DNA of 64,000 bases. Origin: an uncultured Chitinophagaceae bacterium. Its GTDB lineage: Bacteria; Bacteroidota; Bacteroidia; Chitinophagales; Chitinophagaceae. The position numbers and the translations under genes are program-made. The number at the start of each line of letters is the position of its first letter. The stretch's first letter is position 1. The notes under the pieces were generated by a model that was not told where the DNA came from, did no database searches, and saw only the letters and a list, made by a program, of their open reading frames with translations. The stretch covers positions 1,350-65,349 of the forward strand of contig CAIQDX010000013.1 in the NCBI GenBank assembly GCA_903870685.1, read 5' to 3'. Positions 29,059 to 38,334 of the stretch are shown piece after piece.

Positions 29059-29844
29059 TTATGGTATCGCAACTTTTTTTCTTTGCGTTGTATTTGCACT
29101 AAAATATCCTAAACATCCGCCCGTGATATTGCTTACAGGATTTTCGGGTGTTGTAGAATTTTGTTGAAGACCTGATAATGAATTGTAATATCGATAAACA
29201 TTTTTATCAATACAACGCATTTCAACATTTACAGTATCTCCGGATATTATTGTGCTATCGGCAACAATTAAAGGCCTTGTACTAACACCGCCATCATTAA
29301 ATCTATCATCCCAAACAAAAAAGAACCCTGAAGAAGAAGTGTTATTTGGATACGTTATTGTTTCAATAAAACTATAATAATTGGCAATGCCTGTTGGATC
29401 TTTATATTGAGGTTGCACAACAGTCAGCATCTTATTGAAATATGGAATTTTTGTAAGCAATAAAGTATCAAGATTTACTTTTTGCGGCATGGTTGAACTT
29501 GCAGTATAATTAACGCCATTAATTGTTACAGATAAATTATAAGTGCGACCCGGAACTCCAAATAATATTTTATTGCTGTAAAAACCAGGAGCACTTTCTG
29601 TCAAAGAAAAATTATTATTTAAGTTGTCGGTAACTTTAACTGTAGCACCAGTAACAGTGGGGAAATTATTGCTGTTGCTGAACATTACAGATTGTGTAAT
29701 ATTTACCTGAGCAAAAGTTTGATCGGTAATAATACCTTCAATAACTATTTGTGGTGACGCATTATTTAAATCAACATTAATAGTTTTTGTACAAGACATT
29801 AATGCTATGAAGAAAAAAAATGTTATGGTAAAATATTTTTTCAT
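29059..29844 (-). CDS. DUF4249-like lipoprotein (usual partner of the upstream TonB-dependent receptor)
   Basis: Lipobox ALMSC; position directly after the TBDR gene. Start set to ATG 29844. Confidence 0.65.
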   Translation of the reverse strand: MKKYFTITFFFFIALMSCTKTINVDLNNASPQIVIEGIITDQTFAQVNITQSVMFSNSNNFPTVTGATVKVTDNLNNNFSLTESAPGFYSNKILFGVPGRTYNLSVTINGVNYTASSTMPQKVNLDTLLLTKIPYFNKMLTVVQPQYKDPTGIANYYSFIETITYPNNTSSSGFFFVWDDRFNDGGVSTRPLIVADSTIISGDTVNVEMRCIDKNVYRYYNSLSGLQQNSTTPENPVSNITGGCLGYFSANTTQRKKVAIP

Positions 29845-29860
29845 GTTCAATAAAAGCAAA

Positions 29861-32212
29861 TTAAAATTTAAAATTCCATGTTACGCTTGGTACAAAACGA
29901 AATAAAGAAGTTTGTACTGCAATTGTTTTTGACGCATCATTTGGATCATTTTTAAACTGAATAAAATAAGCATTCTCTCTACCATAAACATTGTATAAAC
30001 CGTAAGTCCAACTGCTTTGATATTTTCTTATTTTATTTTTTTTGCTTTCCCATGTTGCCGCAAAATCTAATCGATGATACGCAGGCATTCGGTATCCATT
30101 TCGTTCGGTGTAAAGAAAAATTACTTGCCCGTTCACATAATATTTTCCACTTGGAAAAGTAACTGCATTGCCTGTATTATACACCCAAGTACCTGATAAT
30201 GTCCATCGTTCATTTAACTTATAAATTCCAACCAACGAAAAATTATGTGTTTGATCTTGCTTTGCAGGAAAATAATTTCCATTATTAATTTCTGCAAAAC
30301 GTTTTTCTGTTTTAGATAAAGTATAACCCGTCCAACCGCTAAATCGTCCAAACTTTTTCTTTAAATAAAACTCAATACCGTAAGCTCTTCCTGTGCCGTA
30401 TAGCAATTCGCTTTCTACATTATCATTCGCTTGCAGATCGGCACCACTTCTATAATCGATTTGATTTTGCATCCACTTGTAATAAGTTTCAACACTAAAT
30501 TCAAATTGATCGTTTTTAAAATTTTTAAAATAGCCCAAAGAAATCTGATCAGCAATTTCCGGTTTCACATTGTTGGTACTTGGCAACCAAAGATCTGTTG
30601 GTGTTGATGCCGTTGCATTACTTAATAGATGAAGGTTCTGTACATTTCTATTGTAAGAAAGTTTGATGGAATTAATTTCACTCAATTGATAACTTGCTGA
30701 AAAACGCGGTTCAAGATTCCAATATGATGCAACTATTTGTCCTGCGTTATAATGAACAGTATCGAGTGTATTTCCATGTTGATCGTAATGATAATAATTA
30801 CCAGGACCAACACATGATAAATTAGATAATCGCAAACCATACACAAAATTCAATTTGTCATTTACAGTCAATTCATGCGAAACATACATCGCACTTTCGA
30901 TGGAAAAACGATTTTGTATTTCACTGCTTTTAATATTTGAAACACCAGTAGCGGTAATGCGACCGGGAGAAACAATATGTCGAATAATATCGGCACCAAA
31001 TTTTATTTTATTATTGTTGTTGATATAAAAATCAAAATCCTGTTTAAGATTTACATCCTGAATTTGTGAAGTGATCTTAAAATTATCGGTGCCTGATTGT
31101 ATTTTAATATTGTAACTATAATCGCTGTAAATAAGCGATGTGTTAGAAAATATTTTATTACTCACAATATGGTTCCAACGCAAAGTGCCGGTGGCATTAC
31201 CCCAATCGGTGCTGAAAGACTGACCAAAGCCTAACATATCTCTTCCAAAATATCCAGATAAAAATAATCGGTCTTTCTTTCCTAATTTATAATTTGCCTT
31301 TGCATTCAGATCATAAAAATAAATGGTGTTGTCGCGCATCACAGTATCAGGCGAAAGTTTTAAAAACACATCAGCATAAGTTCTTCTTCCACTAATGATG
31401 AATGAACCATTATCTTTTACAATTGGTCCTTCAATATTTATGCGTGAAGAAATTAAACCAATGCCGCCGCTTACTTCATAGTCTTTAATGTTACCATCTT
31501 TCATTTTAATATCAACAACTGAAGATAATCGTCCGCCATATTGTGCAGGCATTCCACCTTTATACAGCGTTACATCTTTAATTGCATCGGAATTAAAAGT
31601 TGAAAAGAACCCCAATAAATGAGAAGCATTATAAACGGGAGCTTCATCCAATAAAATTAAATTTTGATCGGCACCACCGCCACGAACATAAAAACCACTG
31701 TTACCTTCTCCGGCCGATTTTATGCCTGGTAATAACTGAATACTTTTTAAAACATCTTTTTCTCCCAACAAAACAGGTAATTGATTGATCTCTTTCAAGC
31801 TGAGCTTTTCCACGCCCATCAAGGGTTTCGAGATATTCTCATTTTTCTTTTTTGTTGACACGATTACTTCAGTCAACAAATTAGATATTGGCTGCAATTC
31901 AATTATTAATTGAATATTTTTATTGAGATTTATTTTTTGTGAATTGATTTGATACCCTGAATAATTAAATGAAATGGTATAATTATTTTGTGTTGCGGTG
32001 ATGGAATAAAAACCATAACCGTTGGTAACAGCAGCAACATTTGATTCTTCTAATTTTACCGATGCCCCAATTAATAATTCACCGGTTTGTTTATCTTTTA
32101 CAATACCGCTGACAGTAAATTTATTTTGTGCAGAAAGATGAATGCTCACTGAAAAAAATAAAAAAATGAAAAAACTTCTTCTTAAATAAAGGAACATAAA
32201 TTTTAATGCCAT
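29861..32212 (-). CDS. TonB-dependent receptor with a CarboxypepD_reg-like N-terminal domain
   Basis: FTVSGIVKDKQTGELLIGASV, a plug region, and a long beta-barrel ending in an aromatic residue (...VTWNFKF). Confidence 0.85.
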   Translation of the reverse strand: MALKFMFLYLRRSFFIFLFFSVSIHLSAQNKFTVSGIVKDKQTGELLIGASVKLEESNVAAVTNGYGFYSITATQNNYTISFNYSGYQINSQKINLNKNIQLIIELQPISNLLTEVIVSTKKKNENISKPLMGVEKLSLKEINQLPVLLGEKDVLKSIQLLPGIKSAGEGNSGFYVRGGGADQNLILLDEAPVYNASHLLGFFSTFNSDAIKDVTLYKGGMPAQYGGRLSSVVDIKMKDGNIKDYEVSGGIGLISSRINIEGPIVKDNGSFIISGRRTYADVFLKLSPDTVMRDNTIYFYDLNAKANYKLGKKDRLFLSGYFGRDMLGFGQSFSTDWGNATGTLRWNHIVSNKIFSNTSLIYSDYSYNIKIQSGTDNFKITSQIQDVNLKQDFDFYINNNNKIKFGADIIRHIVSPGRITATGVSNIKSSEIQNRFSIESAMYVSHELTVNDKLNFVYGLRLSNLSCVGPGNYYHYDQHGNTLDTVHYNAGQIVASYWNLEPRFSASYQLSEINSIKLSYNRNVQNLHLLSNATASTPTDLWLPSTNNVKPEIADQISLGYFKNFKNDQFEFSVETYYKWMQNQIDYRSGADLQANDNVESELLYGTGRAYGIEFYLKKKFGRFSGWTGYTLSKTEKRFAEINNGNYFPAKQDQTHNFSLVGIYKLNERWTLSGTWVYNTGNAVTFPSGKYYVNGQVIFLYTERNGYRMPAYHRLDFAATWESKKNKIRKYQSSWTYGLYNVYGRENAYFIQFKNDPNDASKTIAVQTSLFRFVPSVTWNFKF

Positions 32213-32298
32213 TTTCTTTTTCGATGCTAAATAAAATTATTTCTGACTAATGGCAACCGGCGGCAAAGATATTATGATTGAAGAAACTTATTTGAACA

Positions 32299-32336
32299 AT
32301 AAAAAAACCTGTAAGTATTTTAACAATTACAGGTTT
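32299..32336 (-). terminator. Rho-independent terminator after the 32357..32752 gene
   Basis: AACCTGTAA/TTACAGGTT 9-bp stem; T-run on the minus strand. Confidence 0.75.
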
Positions 32337-32356
32337 AAAAAGGTTTGATGCTATTA

Positions 32357-32752
32357 TTATTTTGAATTAATAATTTCTCCGTTCAATCCTCTTACTTCAT
32401 AAACACTATCTACAATGTATTTCGAATCGCCCCGCCAAAAAAGAATTCCTTTCTTTTCCTGATAATGAAGTATCACTTTTAATCCTTCGAACTGCATTAA
32501 TTTTTCGCCAATTCGTTTTTCACCAACTGAAAAATAAAATTTTTCGGATGAAACCTGACTCGTTCCATTTATCAAAAGACTATTTAAAACCAATTCACCT
32601 TCGTACGTTTTAAAAACATTTCCTTTATGACTCATTTTTTGTAACAAGCCGGTTCTGTTTCCATCGCTGTAAGTATAATAAAAACTCCACCAAAACCACA
32701 GCGCAGCAATGGAAAGAATTAAAACAAAAATTATAAAAATAATTTTACGCAT
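32357..32752 (-). CDS. Membrane-anchored hypothetical protein
   Basis: 131 aa with a single N-terminal TM segment. Confidence 0.5.
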   Translation of the reverse strand: MRKIIFIIFVLILSIAALWFWWSFYYTYSDGNRTGLLQKMSHKGNVFKTYEGELVLNSLLINGTSQVSSEKFYFSVGEKRIGEKLMQFEGLKVILHYQEKKGILFWRGDSKYIVDSVYEVRGLNGEIINSK

Positions 32753-32754
32753 AA

Positions 32755-34122
32755 TTATAAACCGTATTTATCGATCAAATAAATTAATGCCGACATATTT
32801 ATAGCACCTAATAATAATTCTCTTTTATTTACACTTTCAAAAACATCACTTCGAGCATGATGAATATCGAAATAACGTTGGTTATCGGGATTCAATCCAG
32901 CAACAGGCGTTTTGAAAGTTCTTGCCAACGGACCAATATCAGCACCGCCACCACCATTCACGAAATCGCCGCCACCATAGGGTTTCAGAAGATTTTGCCA
33001 TGCCAATACTTTTTGATATTGTGCTGGACTAACTCCAAAGCCAAAACCTCGTGGTGTAAATCCACCTTCATCACTTTCTAGAGCAAAAATGTGTTTTTCA
33101 TTTTTTGATTTTGCAACTTCAGCGTATTTTGTTCCGCCACGCAAACCATTTTCTTCATTCGCAAATAAAACAAAACGGATAGAATGTTTTGGATGATAGC
33201 CAACAGCCCGTAATGCACGCAGCACTTCAATGGTATGAACTATGCCGGCACCATCATCGTGTGCACCTTCATTAACATCCCAACTATCTAAATGACCACC
33301 AACAGTAATAAACTCATCAGGAAATTCTGTTCCTTTTAATTCTGCAATTACATTATGACCAATGGTATCGGGCATTTGTTTTCCATGCATGATAACAGCA
33401 ATTTTTACTTTACCATTCTTACATTCATTCCATAATTTATCTGCATCTTTTAATCCTAAAGCTGCAGCAGGGATCTTTGCAAATGCACTGTCGTATTGCA
33501 TTGCACCTGTATGCGGGTTATTATCAGTTGCTTCGGTTAATGAACGAATAACCACTGCAACTGCGCCATATTTTGCAGCACGACTTGGGCCACTGTGACG
33601 ATACACACCACTTTCTCCATAAGCTCTTCCAGGTATAATATAAGTTGGATTGAAAGGATAATTAAAAAAAACAATTTTGCCTTTTATTTCATCTTTTCTT
33701 TTTTCTAATTCAGCAAAATCTTTAACAGCAATCACTTCTGCGGTAACCGTTTTTCCATTGCCTAATGAATTTCCCAATGCCAAAGCATCAAGTGAAATTG
33801 ATACAGGTTTTTTATTCAATTCAACAATTGAAACTTTATCACCGTTTCCGCGAACCCAATGCGGCAACATACATTCCTGCAAGTAAACAGTATCTGCGCC
33901 AATCGATTGCATTGTTATTTTCCCCCATTGCACAGCTTTTGCAAATTGAGGTGAACCTGCTAATCTTCCCCCAACTTTTTTTGTAAGCTGATATAAAAGG
34001 TCGTAGGCTTTTCCATTTGTAAAAATATCATCTGATAATTTTTTTATGAAGATCGAATCTTCATTGTTTTGTGCAATTGCAAAAAATGGCAATGCTAAAA
34101 AGAGGAATAATATTTTTTTCAT
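32755..34122 (-). CDS. M28 family aminopeptidase, secreted
   Basis: GGHLDSWD, AHDDGAG, NEENGLRG metal-ligand motifs. Start set to ATG 34122 (MKKILFLF signal peptide). Confidence 0.85.
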   Translation of the reverse strand: MKKILFLFLALPFFAIAQNNEDSIFIKKLSDDIFTNGKAYDLLYQLTKKVGGRLAGSPQFAKAVQWGKITMQSIGADTVYLQECMLPHWVRGNGDKVSIVELNKKPVSISLDALALGNSLGNGKTVTAEVIAVKDFAELEKRKDEIKGKIVFFNYPFNPTYIIPGRAYGESGVYRHSGPSRAAKYGAVAVVIRSLTEATDNNPHTGAMQYDSAFAKIPAAALGLKDADKLWNECKNGKVKIAVIMHGKQMPDTIGHNVIAELKGTEFPDEFITVGGHLDSWDVNEGAHDDGAGIVHTIEVLRALRAVGYHPKHSIRFVLFANEENGLRGGTKYAEVAKSKNEKHIFALESDEGGFTPRGFGFGVSPAQYQKVLAWQNLLKPYGGGDFVNGGGGADIGPLARTFKTPVAGLNPDNQRYFDIHHARSDVFESVNKRELLLGAINMSALIYLIDKYGL

Positions 34123-34212
34123 AGAAATAAAGATATTGAAATAAAACAATTATTACGTAATGATGGATGGATGAACCAAATGAAGAAATAGTTGTTACTT
34201 CGTTGAGAGAAA

Positions 34213-34271
34213 GTTCATGATTAATGGATGATGGGTCATAGTAGAAACTCTATGAACAATAACCTATGAAC
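34213..34271. promoter_or_regulatory. Repeated CTATGAAC-type octamers in the M28 peptidase/bshA divergent region
   Basis: GTTCATGA (34213), GGTCATAG (34234), CTATGAAC (34250), CTATGAAC (34264). Confidence 0.35.
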
Positions 34272-34291
34272 TATCACCAAAAAACAAATTT

Positions 34292-35431
34292 ATGCGCATT
34301 GGAATTGTTTGCTATCCTACGTTTGGTGGCAGTGGTGTTTTGGCTACAGAATTAGGTAAAGCATTGGCCGACGAAGGTCATCAGGTTCATTTTATTACTT
34401 ATCAGCAACCGGTTCGGTTAAATGTTTTTAATACAAATATTTTTTATCACGAAGTTCGAGTACCTACTTATCCTTTATTCGATTATCCTCCATACGAAAT
34501 TGCATTGGCAAGTACCATGGTGGATGTGATCATGAATTATGATCTGGATCTGTTGCATGTGCATTATGCTATTCCGCATGCATCGGCTGCGTACATGGCA
34601 AAACAAATTGTAAAAAGTAAGAATGGAAGAAACATTCCTGTAATTACAACATTACATGGAACCGATATTACTTTGGTTGGAAAAGATAAAACATACGAAC
34701 CTGTTGTAACTTTTTCAATCAATGAAAGCGATGCCATTACTGCTGTTTCAGAAAATTTAAAACAGGTAACATATAAAAGTTTCCCTATCACTAAAGAGAT
34801 CGAAGTGATTCCGAACTTTGTTGATGTGTCACGTTTTAATAAAAAACCTTTTGATGCTTTTAAAAAAGTAATTGCACATGAAGGTGAAAAAATATTAGTG
34901 CATGCTTCCAACTTCAGAAAGATAAAACGTGTTGATGATGTGATAAAAATTTTTGCAGCAGTACGAAAACAAATGCCTGCAAAATTATTAATGGTGGGTG
35001 ATGGACCCGAAAGACCTGCTACCGAGGAATTGGCAAGAGAATTAAATGTTATTGATGATATCCGTTTTGTAGGTAAGCAGGAACAGATGGAAGAAATATT
35101 AGCCGTGAGCGATTTATTTTTATTGCCAAGCGAATATGAAAGTTTTGGATTGGCGGCTTTAGAAGCAATGGCAGCAAGGGTTGTAGTGATCAGCACCAAT
35201 GCCGGTGGTTTACCCGAAATAATTATTCATGGCGAAACAGGTTTTATGGCAAATGTTGGTGATGTTGATGCAATGAGTGAATTTGCGATTTCAATTTTAA
35301 AGAATGAATCTCATTTAGAACAAATGAAACAAGCTGCTTTTGAACGTGCCTGCACATTCGATATTCAATATATCATTCCTCAGTACGAAAAATTATACAG
35401 TCGCTTTTGCAGAATGGAAATAATAAAATAA
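34292..35431 (+). CDS. bshA: N-acetyl-alpha-D-glucosaminyl L-malate synthase (bacillithiol biosynthesis GT4)
   Basis: MRIGIVCYPTFGGSGVLATELGKALADEGHQVHFITY N-terminus and the GT4 E-x7-E region (SEYESFGLAALEAMA). Confidence 0.8.
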   Translation: MRIGIVCYPTFGGSGVLATELGKALADEGHQVHFITYQQPVRLNVFNTNIFYHEVRVPTYPLFDYPPYEIALASTMVDVIMNYDLDLLHVHYAIPHASAAYMAKQIVKSKNGRNIPVITTLHGTDITLVGKDKTYEPVVTFSINESDAITAVSENLKQVTYKSFPITKEIEVIPNFVDVSRFNKKPFDAFKKVIAHEGEKILVHASNFRKIKRVDDVIKIFAAVRKQMPAKLLMVGDGPERPATEELARELNVIDDIRFVGKQEQMEEILAVSDLFLLPSEYESFGLAALEAMAARVVVISTNAGGLPEIIIHGETGFMANVGDVDAMSEFAISILKNESHLEQMKQAAFERACTFDIQYIIPQYEKLYSRFCRMEIIK

Positions 35432-35438
35432 TTGAAAA

Positions 35439-35939
35439 TTAAAACCAACCGTCAGTTGATGGTGGTTCGGATGAAATAGATTTTCTTACTTCAATTGCCG
35501 GAATTGAATTTGCTGCAGGTGAAACAACTTTTCTTTGTTGATGCATTTTTTCCATTCCCGGAATTTTTGGTTTTTCATCCAAAGGATTGTAGCGATTTTT
35601 AGTCATAGAACCTTCGATCACTGCACCTTCTTCTATTTCTAAAGTTGTTGCAATGATGCCGCCTTTGATCACAGCATTATTACAAATAACTGCTTTTGTT
35701 TTGCATTCGATATTACCTTCCACTCTTCCGTAAACAATTAAATGAGCCGCAGAAATATCACCATTAATTGTTGCTTCTTCACCAATCACAAGTTTTGCTT
35801 CAACATTAATATTTCCTGAAACATTGCCATCAATTCGTCCAGATATTTTTGATTCAATATCTCCAAGTATCAAGATTCCCTTTGGCAACAGAAAGCTGTC
35901 GGTTGGCTTATTTCCAATTAACTGATTTAGTTTAAACAC
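35439..35939 (-). CDS. Bactofilin (polymer-forming cytoskeletal protein) with a disordered C-terminal tail
   Basis: Beta-helical repeats G.I.G.V.G.I throughout (ISGRIDGNVSGNINVEAKLVIGEEATINGDISAAHLIVYGRVEGNI...). GTG start 21 nt after the upstream stop. Confidence 0.85.
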   Translation of the reverse strand: MFKLNQLIGNKPTDSFLLPKGILILGDIESKISGRIDGNVSGNINVEAKLVIGEEATINGDISAAHLIVYGRVEGNIECKTKAVICNNAVIKGGIIATTLEIEEGAVIEGSMTKNRYNPLDEKPKIPGMEKMHQQRKVVSPAANSIPAIEVRKSISSEPPSTDGWF

Positions 35940-35960
35940 ATCAAATGTTAATTAATGAAT

Positions 35961-36998
35961 TTATCTTTTTTCATTTTCAAAAGTTGATACAATGGTACTC
36001 GCATTACCAAGATCAATGCCAATGGCACTTTCGGACTTATCGTCAGAAATTCTAAGTGAATTATATAAATAACCAATGCTTGCTAACTTTTCAGCATCAG
36101 GCGCAACTTCTACTGCCATCACATCTTTAAATTCTTCCTGAAATGCATCTTGCAAATCCTGATAATATGCACCACCACCTAATAAAAATATTTTTTCGCA
36201 GTTTTCGAAATCACTATCAGTAAAATATCTTTTGAATAATGGCGAAATGATTTCTTTATAATATTGCGTCAATATCTCTTTACGTAATTGTTTAAGATCG
36301 ATATTTTTTCTGTTAATGAAGATGAAACCTTTTACAAATGCATCATCTAACTGATGTTCATTCTTCATTTCTAAATAATATTTCTTATTCAGTTCACGAG
36401 TAAGATTATTAATTGCATAACGCAATCCATGAGAACTGAAAACGGTACGTTGTACCAATCCATCGCTGGTTGCCATTGCACCTTCAATAGTTCCAAAACC
36501 AATACTGATGGCAATAAAACTTTTTGGTTGTAACGGACCTAACATTTTTTTCAAACCAATGATACCGCCAACAATTTCCGGGATTACATCAAATTTTTCA
36601 ATATCAAATAATGCTTTTTTAACAGCACCTCTGTTATGAAAAGTTTGTGTATCATATTCGACCAAGAAATTTTTTCTACTCAAAAAACGCTCAGCTGCTT
36701 CTTTGTAAACATTATAAGTTGAAAAAGGAAATCCAACAGTAATATACATAGGTTGCTGCATCGTTTCTGCAATTGTAATTAGAGCAGCTTTAAATAATAT
36801 TTCATAATCTTCTTCTTGTGGAGATGCATTAACAACTTTATTCGGGCTAACACCACCTCTTTTGGCTAAACTTCCTGCCAAATACCAGGTGTTTTCATTT
36901 TTTATTTTTAATCCGTTTAATAGGTCTCTAGATGAATTTTCTGTGTTACCAAATGCTGATTCAAATACACTCGGGAAACTGATTGTTGATACTTTCAT
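35961..36998 (-). CDS. Actin-like (ParM/Alp-type ASKHA) protein, apparently circularly permuted
   Basis: Phosphate-2-like FIAISIGFGTIEG, adenosine motif FLLGGGAYY, ParM-like IPEIVGG and ASIGYLY. The phosphate-1 hairpin AIGIDLGNASTIVS is at the C-terminus and absent from the N-terminus. Confidence 0.7.
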   Translation of the reverse strand: MKVSTISFPSVFESAFGNTENSSRDLLNGLKIKNENTWYLAGSLAKRGGVSPNKVVNASPQEEDYEILFKAALITIAETMQQPMYITVGFPFSTYNVYKEAAERFLSRKNFLVEYDTQTFHNRGAVKKALFDIEKFDVIPEIVGGIIGLKKMLGPLQPKSFIAISIGFGTIEGAMATSDGLVQRTVFSSHGLRYAINNLTRELNKKYYLEMKNEHQLDDAFVKGFIFINRKNIDLKQLRKEILTQYYKEIISPLFKRYFTDSDFENCEKIFLLGGGAYYQDLQDAFQEEFKDVMAVEVAPDAEKLASIGYLYNSLRISDDKSESAIGIDLGNASTIVSTFENEKR

Positions 36999-37087
36999 TG
37001 CTTGATAGATTGAATAGAGCGAAAATAATTAAATTTTCGGCAAAAAAATATTTTGATTCATTTTTGTAATATGTGGCAATATTAAGT

Positions 37088-38284
37088 TCAGAAATCCGCA
37101 TCTGCAACACTTTCCAAAACTATTCGGCAAATATCTTTCAATTCATTTTCGGTGGTTATCAATGGTGGCGCAATTCTCATACAATTCGCAGCAAATAAAA
37201 ACCAGTCTGTGATCAACCCTTTTGATATACATTCTTGAATGACTGCATGATTTGTTTTGAATGAATCAAATTCAATCGCCATCCATAATCCTGCCGAACG
37301 AATTGCTTTTATTTTTTTATGATGAATATTATCTATTAAAAACTGCTCTTTATTTTTTACAGATGAAATAAAGTTTCCATCTAACAAAACTTCAAACGCT
37401 GCTTTTCCTGCTGCACAAGAAACCGGATGACCACCAAATGTGGTAATGTGCCCTAACACAGGATCATGCGTTAACAGATTCATTAATTTTTTATCAGCAA
37501 TAAAAGCACCCAATGGCATTCCGCCACCTAATGCTTTTCCTAATAATAAAATATCAGGAACAATATTAAATTGTTCGAATGCCCATAATGTTCCCGTTCT
37601 TCCAAAGCCTGCCTGAATTTCATCTAAAATTAATATTGCACCATGTTCATCACATTTTTTGCGAATGGTTTGCAACCATTCTTTTTTTGGTTGAATGATT
37701 CCTGCTTCGGCTTGAATTGTTTCTGCAATTACACAACAAGTATTATTATCAATGGCATTAATTGCTTCATCACTTCCATAATTAAAATGAAAAACATCCG
37801 GCAATAAAGGACGAAAAGCATTTCGCCAATATTCATCACCCATCACACTTAATGCACCTTGTGTGCTGCCGTGATAAGATTTATTAAATGAGATTATTTT
37901 TGAACGATTGGTAAAACGTTTTGCCAACTTCATCGCACCTTCAGTTGCTTCTGTTCCGCTGTTAGTGAAATAAACACAGTTGAGTGATGAAGGAAGGTTA
38001 TCGGTCAACAGTTTTGCATAACTGATTTGTGGCTGTTCAATAAATTCTCCATACACAATCAAATGCATGTATTGCGCAGTTTGAGTTTGAACTGCCTTCA
38101 CAACTTTAGGATTGCTATGACCAATATTAGCAACACTGAATCCCGAAATAGCATCAATATATTTTTTTCCATCTGCATCATACAAATAAATTCCTTCAGC
38201 CTTCACCATTTCAATACCGATTGGCTCTGGCGATGTTTGTGCAACATGGTTAAGAAAAAGTTGTTTGTTAGAAATTCCACTCAT
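37088..38284 (-). CDS. Class III (acetylornithine/ornithine-type) aminotransferase
   Basis: FTNSGTEATEGAMKLA, ILDEIQAGFGRTG, and a PLP-lysine context (LLLGKALGGG). Confidence 0.85.
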   Translation of the reverse strand: MSGISNKQLFLNHVAQTSPEPIGIEMVKAEGIYLYDADGKKYIDAISGFSVANIGHSNPKVVKAVQTQTAQYMHLIVYGEFIEQPQISYAKLLTDNLPSSLNCVYFTNSGTEATEGAMKLAKRFTNRSKIISFNKSYHGSTQGALSVMGDEYWRNAFRPLLPDVFHFNYGSDEAINAIDNNTCCVIAETIQAEAGIIQPKKEWLQTIRKKCDEHGAILILDEIQAGFGRTGTLWAFEQFNIVPDILLLGKALGGGMPLGAFIADKKLMNLLTHDPVLGHITTFGGHPVSCAAGKAAFEVLLDGNFISSVKNKEQFLIDNIHHKKIKAIRSAGLWMAIEFDSFKTNHAVIQECISKGLITDWFLFAANCMRIAPPLITTENELKDICRIVLESVADADF

Positions 38285-38334
38285 TATATTTCCATTGATC
38301 GATTTAATGTTCGAAATTCGAAATTCGTCATTTT

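Noticed and set aside
34564-35199. 211-aa ORF antisense to bshA. Similar long antisense ORFs occur at 17113..17529, 18094..18510, 4957..5316, 38284..38616, 38525..38860 and 42425..42742.
   Set aside because: All lie entirely within, and opposite to, genes with strong family signatures. Their compositions are low-complexity, typical of shadow ORFs in AT-rich DNA.
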